Below, piece by piece: positions 1 to 9,002 of a stretch of 64,000 bases of DNA. The number at the start of each line of letters is the position of its first letter. Within the stretch, counting starts at the first letter, position 1. A program made the position numbers and the translations under genes. The DNA lies in the sequence record SRR31156797_1193; one strand, given 5' to 3'. The notes under the pieces are model-generated. The model searched no databases. It had not been told where the DNA came from and saw nothing but the letters and a program-made list of their open reading frames with translations.

Positions 1-95
1 AAGTTTGCTTAGCAGGCGAAAGCCCAGCGATTTAAAGATAATAAGTACAATTAATAGAAAGGAATTAGAAAAAGACAGATTTATCATACTTCTTT

Positions 96-1378
96 TCATG
101 CATACTTTGTTGATACAATTTTTGTCTCTACCTTAAATCCTATTATACCAACTAATATCATCATAATACCGCCTGATATTACCAGTATCCATGTGCTTAT
201 TACATCCAACAGCATTCCGGATAATGCTAATGCAAATGGCAGCACCAGTTTAATAATGCTTAAGCATATGCTTAGTACTCGCCCTCGAAATTCATCTGAT
301 ACTGTTTTCTGCAGGTACTGTAGGAATGGTATATCTATCATTGCAATTGTGAATCCAGTGAAAATCATTGCTATTACATAATATATTAGATAAAATACTG
401 AACTCATACCAATAAACACTGAAACAGGCAATCCCAGCAGGACTACATTTATCCCCAACAGAATACTTGCAAATAAAATGAGCTTAACAAATGGGATTTT
501 CTCTATTATTTTCTGAATAAATACTGCTCCGATGACAATACCAACGGAAAATCCGCCTTCAGTAATACCAAGACTTTTGGCAGACATCTTCAAAACTTCA
601 TTTACGATATATGGGATGGGTACTGCTGCTGATGCACCGAGGAAGAAATTGAAGCTAATAGCTATAATTATCACAAATGTTATATCTTTTCGCTTCTTTA
701 TATATTCCAATCCATCCTTTATATCTTTTCTGAAATTAATATCCTTAGAATCATCTTCCTCTGTATTTGCTACATTATATTTGAAGTCTATGAACATTTC
801 CATTACTGCTGAAAAAATAAATGAAATACCGTTAAACAGTATAAATGCCTTTATGTCAATGAGAACAAATACAATACCGCCAACTATCGGTGCAATAATA
901 TTAGAGAATGCATTTATAGCTGAGCTGACAGAGTTTAGGCTGATTAGTTTCTTCCTCTGTCACCAGATTTGGTTTAGCAGCCTCTATACATGTATTAAAG
1001 AGTACCGCCAGAGTGCTGGAAATAAATGTGCTTATATAGATTATCCACAAGTTGATATCTATATATTGACATATCAAAAAAACGAATATAAATAACAGAC
1101 CGTTCAGTATATCGGTTATAACTACTATTTGTTTCTTATTCAGCTTATCAACTAATACACCAGAAAATGGCGCAAAAAGAATAATTGGCAGATAACCGTA
1201 TATTAATGTTAGTGCATAATTTAGTCCAGAGCCAGTCAATTTTAATATATACAGTCCAATAGCAAAAGTATATACTGCTGAACCGATTACTGAAATAAAC
1301 TTACCAGCACAAAACAGTATATAGTTTGATGTTTCACGATTAGCTTTAAATAGTTTTTTGATTCTTGATAATCTCCAT
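96..1378 (-). pseudogene. MFS efflux transporter (DHA3/MefA-like), disrupted by two frameshifts
   Basis: ATG at 1378 reads MEIIKNQKTI* and a shifted frame continues FKANRETSNYILFCAGKFISVIGSAVYTFAIGLYILKLTGS. A second shift near 950 joins ...PNLVTEE to KLISLNSVSSAIN... and the 96..803 ORF. MFS motif GVLVDKLNKK and DEFRGRV are present. Confidence 0.8.
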
Positions 1379-1615
1379 ATGTTTCTTCACAATCAATAGC
1401 AAAGTTTATGGCACTTTTTACTATTGTACACCTCCAGATTACAGGTAGCAATCATTACTATATTTGACATAGTAATTTCACTCAATTTGACAGAATAATT
1501 TATGGTATAGTAGTTATGGCTTTAGTTAAGTGATAAAAAAGCATATTATAATATTTTGATATATAATAGTAGTAATGGTATACTTAAGCAAATAATATTT
1601 TTTGGGGAGAATATA

Positions 1616-2053
1616 ATGAGAAAAGCTAGTATGATATTGGGTATTGTAGGCGGCGTGATAGCAGTTTTGATAGCAATTTTGGCGATTGGCGGTGGTGCAC
1701 TATTTCGCGTTGCATACCCTGAAATAATTGAATCAAGTATTGATGAGGAGTCAGACTATTATGAAAACGCTGATTATGAAGAGAGCTTAGGTGTAGCAGG
1801 ATTTGTCTTTATGGGGGTTGGAAGTGTGATACTTATTGCGGGGATTTTAGGAATTGTCGGAGGAGCAATAGTTAAAAAGCACAATATTGCCGGCGGAGTG
1901 TTGATGTTTATTGGAAGTGTTATTTCTCTTTTTACTGTATGGGCAATTATATCTTTTATAATATTATTACTGGGTGGTATTTTTGCTGTTGTAAAAGACA
2001 ATTATACTAATTCAAATCAAGGCGAAGTAATGATGAATAATCCGTTAGAATAG
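1616..2053 (+). CDS. membrane protein (DUF4064-like)
   Basis: GGGGAG RBS before ATG 1616; several Gly-rich hydrophobic helices and an acidic loop. Confidence 0.7.
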   Translation: MRKASMILGIVGGVIAVLIAILAIGGGALFRVAYPEIIESSIDEESDYYENADYEESLGVAGFVFMGVGSVILIAGILGIVGGAIVKKHNIAGGVLMFIGSVISLFTVWAIISFIILLLGGIFAVVKDNYTNSNQGEVMMNNPLE

Positions 2054-2103
2054 ATAATCTTGATTGATATTTTAATGTGCAGCATAAAAAGAATAGGAAT
2101 GTG

Positions 2104-2817
2104 ATGAATAAAAAACAAAAGGGTAGAATAAAATTTGTTGCAGTATTTTTTGGGTTATTGATTATACTTGTTACTGTCTTTTACATATACGTATATGATT
2201 ATTATAGAGCAGATGAATATGCAAAAGAGATTATTGCACAGATTGATGAAAGTACCATAACGGATGATTACATAGTTTTTTATCCAGAGGTTAATGCAGA
2301 TAAACATAAAGGATTAATATTCTATCCTGGTGCAAAAGTTGAGCATACTGCTTATGCACCTCTTCTTAAGAATCTATCACAAGAGGGCATTACCTGTGTA
2401 CTTATTAGGATGCCATTTAATCTAGCTTTTTTTGGTATGAACTTAGCTGATGAAATATATAGTGAACTTCCAGAGATAACGGATTGGTATATTGGAGGAC
2501 ATTCACTAGGCGGAGCAATGGCTAGCAGCTATGCACGAGATAACACTGAAAAGTTAAGCGGAGTTATTCTGCTGGGAGCATATCCTGCAAGTCAATTGGA
2601 TATTCCTATTCTTACTGTTTATGGCAGCGAGGATGAAGTTTTGAATAAAACAAAGCTGATAAAAACTCATACAATGCTGGAAATTGTGGGAGGAAATCAT
2701 GCTTATTTTGGCAACTATGGTGAGCAGGAGGGCGACGGCATAGCTACTTTTACTAGAGAAGAGCAGCAGGAGGAGACGATAAATGCTATAATATCGTTTC
2801 TCAAACAGGAATACTAA
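2104..2817 (+). CDS. membrane-anchored alpha/beta hydrolase (carboxylesterase-like)
   Basis: N-terminal TM helix, FYPGA oxyanion motif, GHSLGG nucleophile elbow, GSED and GGNH catalytic motifs. Confidence 0.85.
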   Translation: MNKKQKGRIKFVAVFFGLLIILVTVFYIYVYDYYRADEYAKEIIAQIDESTITDDYIVFYPEVNADKHKGLIFYPGAKVEHTAYAPLLKNLSQEGITCVLIRMPFNLAFFGMNLADEIYSELPEITDWYIGGHSLGGAMASSYARDNTEKLSGVILLGAYPASQLDIPILTVYGSEDEVLNKTKLIKTHTMLEIVGGNHAYFGNYGEQEGDGIATFTREEQQEETINAIISFLKQEY

Positions 2818-2825
2818 TATAAATA

Positions 2826-2854
2826 TTGACATTATTTAGACTAAAAGTTACAAT
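2826..2854 (+). promoter_or_regulatory. sigma-A promoter
   Basis: TTGACA-17 nt-TACAAT. Confidence 0.8.
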
Positions 2855-2877
2855 AGTTCAAAATCAAAGGACAAAGA

Positions 2878-2958
2878 ATGAATTATAAAAAAACAGCATT
2901 ATATTCAACAACAACTAATCCGGCAAATCATTGGTGGGATTATTTGATATGCTGTTAA
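2878..2958 (+). CDS. putative Trp-Trp attenuation leader peptide MNYKKTALYSTTTNPANHWWDYLICC (26 aa)
   Basis: AAGGA RBS, ATG 2878, TGG TGG at 2932-2937, TAA 2956-2958; lies between the promoter and a terminator. Confidence 0.7.
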   Translation: MNYKKTALYSTTTNPANHWWDYLICC

Positions 2959-3020
2959 TTATTTGATTGAATTAAATATTAATTAATAGCAGTTAATTCT
3001 TTGTTAGCTGTTATTTTTTT
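2950..3020 (+). terminator. attenuator: antiterminator 2950-2991 overlapping intrinsic terminator 2985-3020
   Basis: Terminator AATAGCAGTTAA-TTCTTTG-TTAGCTGTTATT plus T run; TGCTGTTAATT (2950-2960) can pair with AATTAATAGCA (2981-2991). Confidence 0.7.
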
Positions 3021-3033
3021 AGGAGAATTTATT

Positions 3034-3819
3034 ATGGATAATAGTTTATTGGAGAGTTATTACAATAATTATGACGAGGAAAATCGATTAAAGTGCAGAC
3101 ATGGCATGGTAGAGTTCCTGACAACTGTTAGATATGTGGAGAAGTATCTGCAAAAGGGAATGAACATATGTGAAATTGGTGCAGGAACAGGACGCTACAG
3201 CCATTATTTCGCTGATAATGGATATGAAGTAGATGCTGTGGAGCTGGTAAACGCAAATATTGAGACCTTTAAGCAAAAAATGAATAATAGACAGAAGCTG
3301 ATTATAACTCAAGGCAATGCATTGGATTTATCTTACTTTGATGATGAAGCTTATGATATCACTTTGTTGTTTGGTCCAATGTATCATCTCTATAATGATA
3401 GTGATAAGTTAAAGGCTTTATCCGAGGCACTACGAATCACTGGCAAAAATGGTTTAGTTTTTGTGGCATACTGTATCAGTGATGCAACTCTTGTACAGTA
3501 TGGTTTTGTTCAGTAAAACATTCATAATTTAGTGCAGAAGAATATGCTTAATATGAATGATTATAGCACCATTTCAAAACCTGTTGACATTTTTGAAATG
3601 GTAAGAAAAGAAGATATTGATAAATTGAACAGTAAGTTTGCAGTGAAGAGACTGCATTATGTTTCAACTGATTTGTTTGCTAATTATATACGTGACACAA
3701 TTGAAAAAATGGATGATAAAACTTTTGAAATCTATATGAATTATCATTTCGCTGTTTGTGAGCGTGAAGATATGTATGGTATGACTAATCATACACTGGA
3801 TATTTTAAGAAAATTATAA
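3034..3819 (+). pseudogene. class I SAM-dependent methyltransferase split by an in-frame TAA (3514-3516)
   Basis: AGGAGA RBS, motif I EIGAGTG, GPMYHL; ORFs 3001..3516 and 3532..3819 are in the same frame and separated by a single stop. Confidence 0.8.
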
Positions 3820-3847
3820 TACAATATCTATAGATTGCGGAGGGAAC

Positions 3848-4501
3848 ATGGATTTAGAAAAGATAAACGAAATAGCATATAAATTAATGGGCAATAGAAA
3901 GGCGCACAATGAGAGAGAAATAGGGGGGATATATTATCATGGGCAGAGAACTGCCAGCCTTGCAATAGAACTTAGAAAGCTGATAAATCTAAACGATAAT
4001 TCTAATGATGATATTATCATGGCAGCTTGTATTCTGCACGACTGTGGAAAGGGAATAGAACCACATGGGATTTACGGCGCTATTATTGCAGAGGAAGCAA
4101 TAAAAGACATTGTAACGCCTTTAGAATCGACTGTAATTTGTGAAATCATTTATGAACACAATAATAGAAAGCCTGATTCATGTGATTTATCCGAGGCTAT
4201 AAAGATAGTACAGGATGCAGATATGATTGATCATTTTGGTACATATGAGATATGGATGAACATTAATTATTATGTGCATACAAATGGGACTATTCAGGAT
4301 ATGATTTATTATTATAGAGAACATCATGAATCATTTATTGAGAAAAACAGAAAGCTCATAAATTACGATATTAGTAAAAATATATTCGATGATAGAGTGA
4401 AATTTCAGAAATCATATATTTCAAGATTAACTGTGGAGGGTAACGGCGGTATATATCATAAAGACAGAATGATAAAAAACGAAGGACTAGGAGTAAAATG
4501 A
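3848..4501 (+). CDS. HD-domain metal-dependent phosphohydrolase
   Basis: YYHGQRT...LHDCGK...HG...EHN...QDAD signature. Confidence 0.85.
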   Translation: MDLEKINEIAYKLMGNRKAHNEREIGGIYYHGQRTASLAIELRKLINLNDNSNDDIIMAACILHDCGKGIEPHGIYGAIIAEEAIKDIVTPLESTVICEIIYEHNNRKPDSCDLSEAIKIVQDADMIDHFGTYEIWMNINYYVHTNGTIQDMIYYYREHHESFIEKNRKLINYDISKNIFDDRVKFQKSYISRLTVEGNGGIYHKDRMIKNEGLGVK

Positions 4502-4980
4502 ATTTAGTAAAGGAAAATATAAATAATGATATTGCTGCAATAATTGCTAAGTGGAGCTATACTGATGAATACTCTTTCTATAATATTATAAATGAAGAGG
4601 GGATAATGGATGAATTGCTTAATAGCGAGTACTATGCTGTTTGTGATGGAATTGAGCTAATTGGGTTTTACTGTATAGGCAAGGAATCACAAGTTCCAAA
4701 TGATGCTGTTAATGAAATATACGCAGATGATAGATATATTGATATTGGGCTGGGCATGAAACCGGAATTAACAGACAGAGGATATGGCAGAGAATTTGTA
4801 GGGTTCATTATGGAATGTACAAAGGAAGAATATGATAAAAAGAAGTTGAGACTGACAGTTGCGGCCTTTAATCAACGAGCCATGAAGGTATATAGGGCTT
4901 TGGGATTTAATCAAATAGCTAGTTTCGTAAGAGAAAGCGATAATATTGAATTTATCATTATGGTTTGTGATATTTTGTAA
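4498..4980 (+). CDS. GNAT family N-acetyltransferase
   Basis: IGLGMKPELTDRGYG acetyl-CoA motif, NQRAMKVYRALGF; ATGA overlap with the HD gene. Confidence 0.85.
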   Translation: MNLVKENINNDIAAIIAKWSYTDEYSFYNIINEEGIMDELLNSEYYAVCDGIELIGFYCIGKESQVPNDAVNEIYADDRYIDIGLGMKPELTDRGYGREFVGFIMECTKEEYDKKKLRLTVAAFNQRAMKVYRALGFNQIASFVRESDNIEFIIMVCDIL

Positions 4981-5001
4981 CAGATATTTTGTAATCTATG
5001 T

Positions 5002-5030
5002 TTGCAAATTATATTTACCTGTGATATACT
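5002..5030 (+). promoter_or_regulatory. sigma-A promoter with extended -10
   Basis: TTGCAA-17 nt-TATACT preceded by TGn. Confidence 0.7.
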
Positions 5031-5055
5031 AACTTAAATTTGTTAGGAAGTTTGT

Positions 5056-5115
5056 ATGAAAAATATTATATTAACAAGTGCAAAGTATTATTATTACATT
5101 ATGCCGTATGCGTAG
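5056..5115 (+). CDS. putative Tyr attenuation leader peptide MKNIILTSAKYYYYIMPYA (19 aa)
   Basis: AGGAAG RBS, ATG 5056, TAT TAT TAT TAC at 5086-5097, TAG 5113-5115; directly upstream of tyrS. Confidence 0.85.
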   Translation: MKNIILTSAKYYYYIMPYA

Positions 5116-5184
5116 TGTGATATTTTAGTGTAAAAATCGCAGAAGCAGTACGGCTTATTCAGTTAGTGAATAGGTCGTTTTTTT
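5103..5184 (+). terminator. attenuator: antiterminator 5103-5154 overlapping intrinsic terminator 5150-5184
   Basis: Terminator ACGGCTTATTCA-GTTAG-TGAATAGGTCGT plus T run; GCCGTATGC (5103-5111) can pair with GCAGTACGGC (5145-5154). Confidence 0.8.
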
Positions 5185-5248
5185 GTGTAAAAAACAGATT
5201 CTCATATTTGCAATAAATATATTGAATAAAAGAGTAAGGAGTAAGAAA

Positions 5249-6460
5249 ATGACTATTGATGAAAAGGTACAGATACTAGTAAAAGGAGCAAGCCAGCATT
5301 CGGATATTGATGAGATTAAAGAGAAATTCTTGAACGCTGAGACTGAGAACAGAAAGCTGATAGTGAAGCTGGGGCTTGATCCAACAGCCCCTGATATTCA
5401 TTTGGGGCATGCTGTGGTCTTGAGGAAAATCAAGCAGCTACAGGATATCGGATGTAAGGTGGTTATTGTAATTGGCGATTTTACTGGTGCTATTGGTGAT
5501 CCAACAGGTAAATCAAAGACTAGGAGACAACTCACAAAAGAGGAAATAGCAAAGAATGCTGAAACTTACCAGGAGCAGATATTCAAGATAATAAATTCTG
5601 ATTTATCTGATGTGCGTTTTAATAGTGAATGGCTGCAAAAACTAAATTTTCGTGATGTCATAGACTTAGCATCAAGAACCACAGTAGCCAGAATGCTGGA
5701 GAGAGAAGACTTTAAGAATAGATACACCAACAACATGCCTATTGGGCTCCATGAATTTTTCTATCCTTTAATGCAGGCATATGATTCTGTTGCCATTGAA
5801 GCAGATATTGAACTAGGCGGAACAGACCAGACATTTAATATCCTGATGGGTCGTAAGATTCAAAAGGAATTCGAGCAAAAGCAGCAGATTACAATCTTTA
5901 TGCCGCTTTTAGAGGGTATTGATGGAGTGAAAAAGATGAGCAAAAGTCTGGGCAATTATGTTGGAATATATGAAAAACCGTCTGTCATGTTTGAGAAGAT
6001 TATGAAAATTCCAGATGATCAGATAATAAAATATTTTGAACTTTGCACAGATATGATGCCTTGGGAGATTGAAGAGATAAAGGAACAGATGAAAGAGGGG
6101 ACGAATCCCCGAGATATAAAAATGAACTTAGCGAAAGAGATAGTAAAGCTTTATCATGATGATGATAAGGCTAATGAAGCGGTTGATAATTTTAAGTTGG
6201 CATTTCAAAAGGGAATAGCTCCAGATAATACACCAACGTTGTTAATATCAAATGAGGAAAATGCAGGTGAAAGTATAATAATTTCACTGATTGATGGAGG
6301 TTACTATTCTTCAAAAAGCGAACTACGTAGATTGTTTAAACAAAATGCCGTTTCTATTAATGGAAATAAGGTAACCGATGCCAGAGATATTAGGGGAATT
6401 AAAGATGAGGATATATTAAAAATCGGTAAGTCCAAGTATTTTAAACTATCATTGAAATAG
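5249..6460 (+). CDS. tyrS: tyrosine--tRNA ligase (type 2, TyrZ-like)
   Basis: KLGLDPTAPDIHLGH (HIGH), YPLMQAYD, GGTDQ, KMSKS, C-terminal S4 domain; AAGGAG RBS before ATG 5249. Confidence 0.97.
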   Translation: MTIDEKVQILVKGASQHSDIDEIKEKFLNAETENRKLIVKLGLDPTAPDIHLGHAVVLRKIKQLQDIGCKVVIVIGDFTGAIGDPTGKSKTRRQLTKEEIAKNAETYQEQIFKIINSDLSDVRFNSEWLQKLNFRDVIDLASRTTVARMLEREDFKNRYTNNMPIGLHEFFYPLMQAYDSVAIEADIELGGTDQTFNILMGRKIQKEFEQKQQITIFMPLLEGIDGVKKMSKSLGNYVGIYEKPSVMFEKIMKIPDDQIIKYFELCTDMMPWEIEEIKEQMKEGTNPRDIKMNLAKEIVKLYHDDDKANEAVDNFKLAFQKGIAPDNTPTLLISNEENAGESIIISLIDGGYYSSKSELRRLFKQNAVSINGNKVTDARDIRGIKDEDILKIGKSKYFKLSLK

Positions 6461-6485
6461 ACTTAAATTTTTATATAGTGGATAT

Positions 6486-6520
6486 AAAAATACCTAGCAG
6501 AAAATACTGCTAGGTTATTT
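6486..6520. terminator. bidirectional intrinsic terminator
   Basis: ACCTAGCAG-AAAATA-CTGCTAGGT between convergent genes. Confidence 0.8.
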
Positions 6521-6543
6521 ATGATTATATATTGTTTTTAGGT

Positions 6544-7329
6544 TTAAAGCCTGCCTGTAACTCTTTTCACTTTCCAGCCGCATTTTTGAGCTATATCGTT
6601 TATGGCATTTTGAAGAATTGTAGTGTCTAAATTAATATCCACAACCTTTCCGATTGAGCCGTCTTTTTTTCTGCCAATGACAATTTCCTTTTTCTTTGAT
6701 GTTGCTTTACCTTTGAATGTAGAGACTTCCATACCCATGCCGCCAAAGCCAAAGCTGGATTGCTTTGATAATAATTTATCTTTACAACGAAGTTCGCCAT
6801 TTTGCTCATCAAATTTTAGGAGAATATCAAACTCATCCTGCTGTTTATATTTGTTTAAGCCTAACATGCCAAGATACTCAGCATCTGAAAGCTTCCAATG
6901 GGCAATCATGTCAGCATTGTTTCCTTTGGTTTCTTGAAATGAAAAGGGAAGCCTTGTATCATTTAAGCCATGAAACATCTGTTTTAATTCATGCGCAGGT
7001 ATTCTAAATCCGTTAGTACTTTTTATGTTGTTTAGCTTTTGTGCTACTAACTCACGTATTTGTTGTAAGCTGATAGTTGATTGTTCAGGAGTGGATTTCT
7101 GCTGTGACATAGCTGGATCCTGTGAAGGCTGGATAGAATCAACGTGGTTACTGTTCTTAGATTTGTTTCTTACCAGTTTAATACCAAAAATTAACGGAAC
7201 AATACCTAAAACTACAACAAATATGCTAGCAAAAATATCAGTTCCAGATTCTGCATTAAAAGCCATTAATCCTCCAATAGCCCATATAGCACCTGCTATT
7301 ATTAATATGATGCCAAAAAACTTCTTCAT
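6544..7329 (-). CDS. hypothetical membrane protein (2 N-terminal TM helices plus soluble domain)
   Basis: AAGGAGG RBS, 261-aa ORF. Confidence 0.7.
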   Translation of the reverse strand: MKKFFGIILIIAGAIWAIGGLMAFNAESGTDIFASIFVVVLGIVPLIFGIKLVRNKSKNSNHVDSIQPSQDPAMSQQKSTPEQSTISLQQIRELVAQKLNNIKSTNGFRIPAHELKQMFHGLNDTRLPFSFQETKGNNADMIAHWKLSDAEYLGMLGLNKYKQQDEFDILLKFDEQNGELRCKDKLLSKQSSFGFGGMGMEVSTFKGKATSKKKEIVIGRKKDGSIGKVVDINLDTTILQNAINDIAQKCGWKVKRVTGRL

Positions 7330-7395
7330 AATTCATTTCCTCCTTAATGTTTAATATATCATAGTAAAATAATATATGCAATTTTTAAATATGGA

Positions 7396-7425
7396 AACGC
7401 CTAGCTGTTGAATCAGTTAGGCGTA
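7396..7425 (-). terminator. terminator of the rimP...coaD transcript
   Basis: ACGCCTAGCTG-TTGAAT-CAGTTAGGCGT hairpin. Confidence 0.6.
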
Positions 7426-7456
7426 TTAATGGATGAGTTATTATTTGCTTTTAATA

Positions 7457-7894
7457 TTATCCTCTCATCTGAGTTCTGTTTTGTCTTACTATATCTAGGT
7501 TTCTCTGGATGTAGCTCTCCAAATCAGACAGAATATCTTCGACATACTCATTTGCAGACTGACGGATTTCTTCGGCCTGATGTTGTGCAGTCTTTAGTAA
7601 TTGTTCTGACTTTTCATATGCTAATTTTGTAATTTCATCTTGGTCTACTAATTGCTCAACTTTGCGGTTTGCATCTTCGATAATGATTTCAGCTTCTTGT
7701 TCTGCATCTTTAAGGATTGTATCTTCACGGTTTTTAACATCTGCTGCTTCTAAGATTTCCTGAGGAAGATTATCCAAAACATCGTTTACTAAATTCACTA
7801 GTTTTTCTCTGTCTACGACAGCTTTGTTTCCGCCTCTGCCGCCTGAAACTTCAATCTCGTCTCTAATCATTTCTAATAGTGCAGTAATGTTCAT
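7457..7894 (-). CDS. conserved coiled-coil protein typically downstream of coaD (ATPase subunit b/H-like, DivIVA-like)
   Basis: Helical repeats AEQEAEIIIEDA; coupled to coaD. Confidence 0.75.
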   Translation of the reverse strand: MNITALLEMIRDEIEVSGGRGGNKAVVDREKLVNLVNDVLDNLPQEILEAADVKNREDTILKDAEQEAEIIIEDANRKVEQLVDQDEITKLAYEKSEQLLKTAQHQAEEIRQSANEYVEDILSDLESYIQRNLDIVRQNRTQMRG

Positions 7895-8382
7895 TATTTA
7901 TTCCTCCTGACATAAATATCAATTATATCTTGTTTTATTTCTTCGCTTACCAAATTGGTTACATCGCCTTTGTATTTTAATATCTCCTTCACAAAGCTGG
8001 ATGAAATGCATTGCATTTCCGCTCTGGAATTGATAAATATTGTATCTACTTTATTATTTAGTTTCCAGTTTATGTGGGCAAGATTTCCTTCGTATTCAAA
8101 GTCTGTCTGATTGCGAACACCACGAAGAATTGCATCTGCACCTACTGAGCTGGCATAGTCTACTAACAGAGTAGAAAAAGATTCGACTACTACATTGGGT
8201 ACATGCCTAATTGACCTTTTTATAAAGTCAATTCGTTCATCAATAGTATATACATGCTTTTTTGATAAATTATCCGTAACTGCTACATATAGCTTTGAGC
8301 AAAGCTTTGCACCACGCTCAATCATATCTATATGCCCTACTGTAACAGGGTCGAAGCTGCCAGGATATACCCAAACATTCAT
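7894..8382 (-). CDS. coaD: pantetheine-phosphate adenylyltransferase
   Basis: YPGSFDPVTVGH, LRGVR, ISSSFVKE. Confidence 0.97.
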   Translation of the reverse strand: MNVWVYPGSFDPVTVGHIDMIERGAKLCSKLYVAVTDNLSKKHVYTIDERIDFIKRSIRHVPNVVVESFSTLLVDYASSVGADAILRGVRNQTDFEYEGNLAHINWKLNNKVDTIFINSRAEMQCISSSFVKEILKYKGDVTNLVSEEIKQDIIDIYVRRNK

Positions 8383-8405
8383 AATATACCTTTCTGCAGA
8401 TCCTC

Positions 8406-8960
8406 TTAATTCTCGCCAATATACTTCAGGATTGTTATAATTTTGCTTCCGTATTTTCTCTGCTCCTGAAGCTGATATGACGGCACTAAATCGAATGTTA
8501 CTCGTTTTTCATGTTCTAGGAACACCATAGCATTATCATCCAGAACTGCTTGACAGGACTTTAATGCATCCGAGTACAGACCATCTTTATATGGCGGGTC
8601 GATATAGAGTATCTGTGCCTTTGTACCTAATGTCTTCATCTTATGCACTGCACGGCGAAAATCCATGTTGTATAGTGCATATTTATCCTTTGGAACATCA
8701 TATTCGTCCAGATAGTTATTAATGCTTTTAATATTTCTCCTGTCACTGTCGACAAAATGAACTATTGCTGCATCACGGCTTAAAGCCTCAAAGCCAATTC
8801 CACCAGAACCGGAAAATAAATCTATTATCTGTGCATCTACTACCTTATCATATATTATATTAAAGATGGCTTCTCTAATAATATTTGATGTAGGTCTGGC
8901 TGTACTGCCCTTTGCGGGATGAAAATTACGCCCCTTGTATTTGCCGCTGACAATTTTCAT
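8406..8960 (-). CDS. rsmD: 16S rRNA m2G966 methyltransferase
   Basis: MKIVSGKYKGR, RPT, DLFSGSG, EALSR, DPPY. Confidence 0.95.
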   Translation of the reverse strand: MKIVSGKYKGRNFHPAKGSTARPTSNIIREAIFNIIYDKVVDAQIIDLFSGSGGIGFEALSRDAAIVHFVDSDRRNIKSINNYLDEYDVPKDKYALYNMDFRRAVHKMKTLGTKAQILYIDPPYKDGLYSDALKSCQAVLDDNAMVFLEHEKRVTFDLVPSYQLQEQRKYGSKIITILKYIGEN

Positions 8961-9002
8961 ATTATCCTCCCACAGCGTTAATATACCCGATAGATGCCTC
9001 TG

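Noticed and set aside
1-40. GGC-GAAA-GCC hairpin as a riboswitch or intron end
   Set aside because: Truncated at the window edge and too short to assign.
3514-3516. Stop-codon recoding (alternative genetic code, Sec or Pyl)
   Set aside because: The stop is TAA, which ends many normal genes here; a single nonsense change is simpler.
4981-5248. T-box riboswitch upstream of tyrS
   Set aside because: No GGTGGnACCGCG T-box sequence or stem I AGAGA/GGTGnAA motifs; the leader is too short and is explained by the peptide attenuator.
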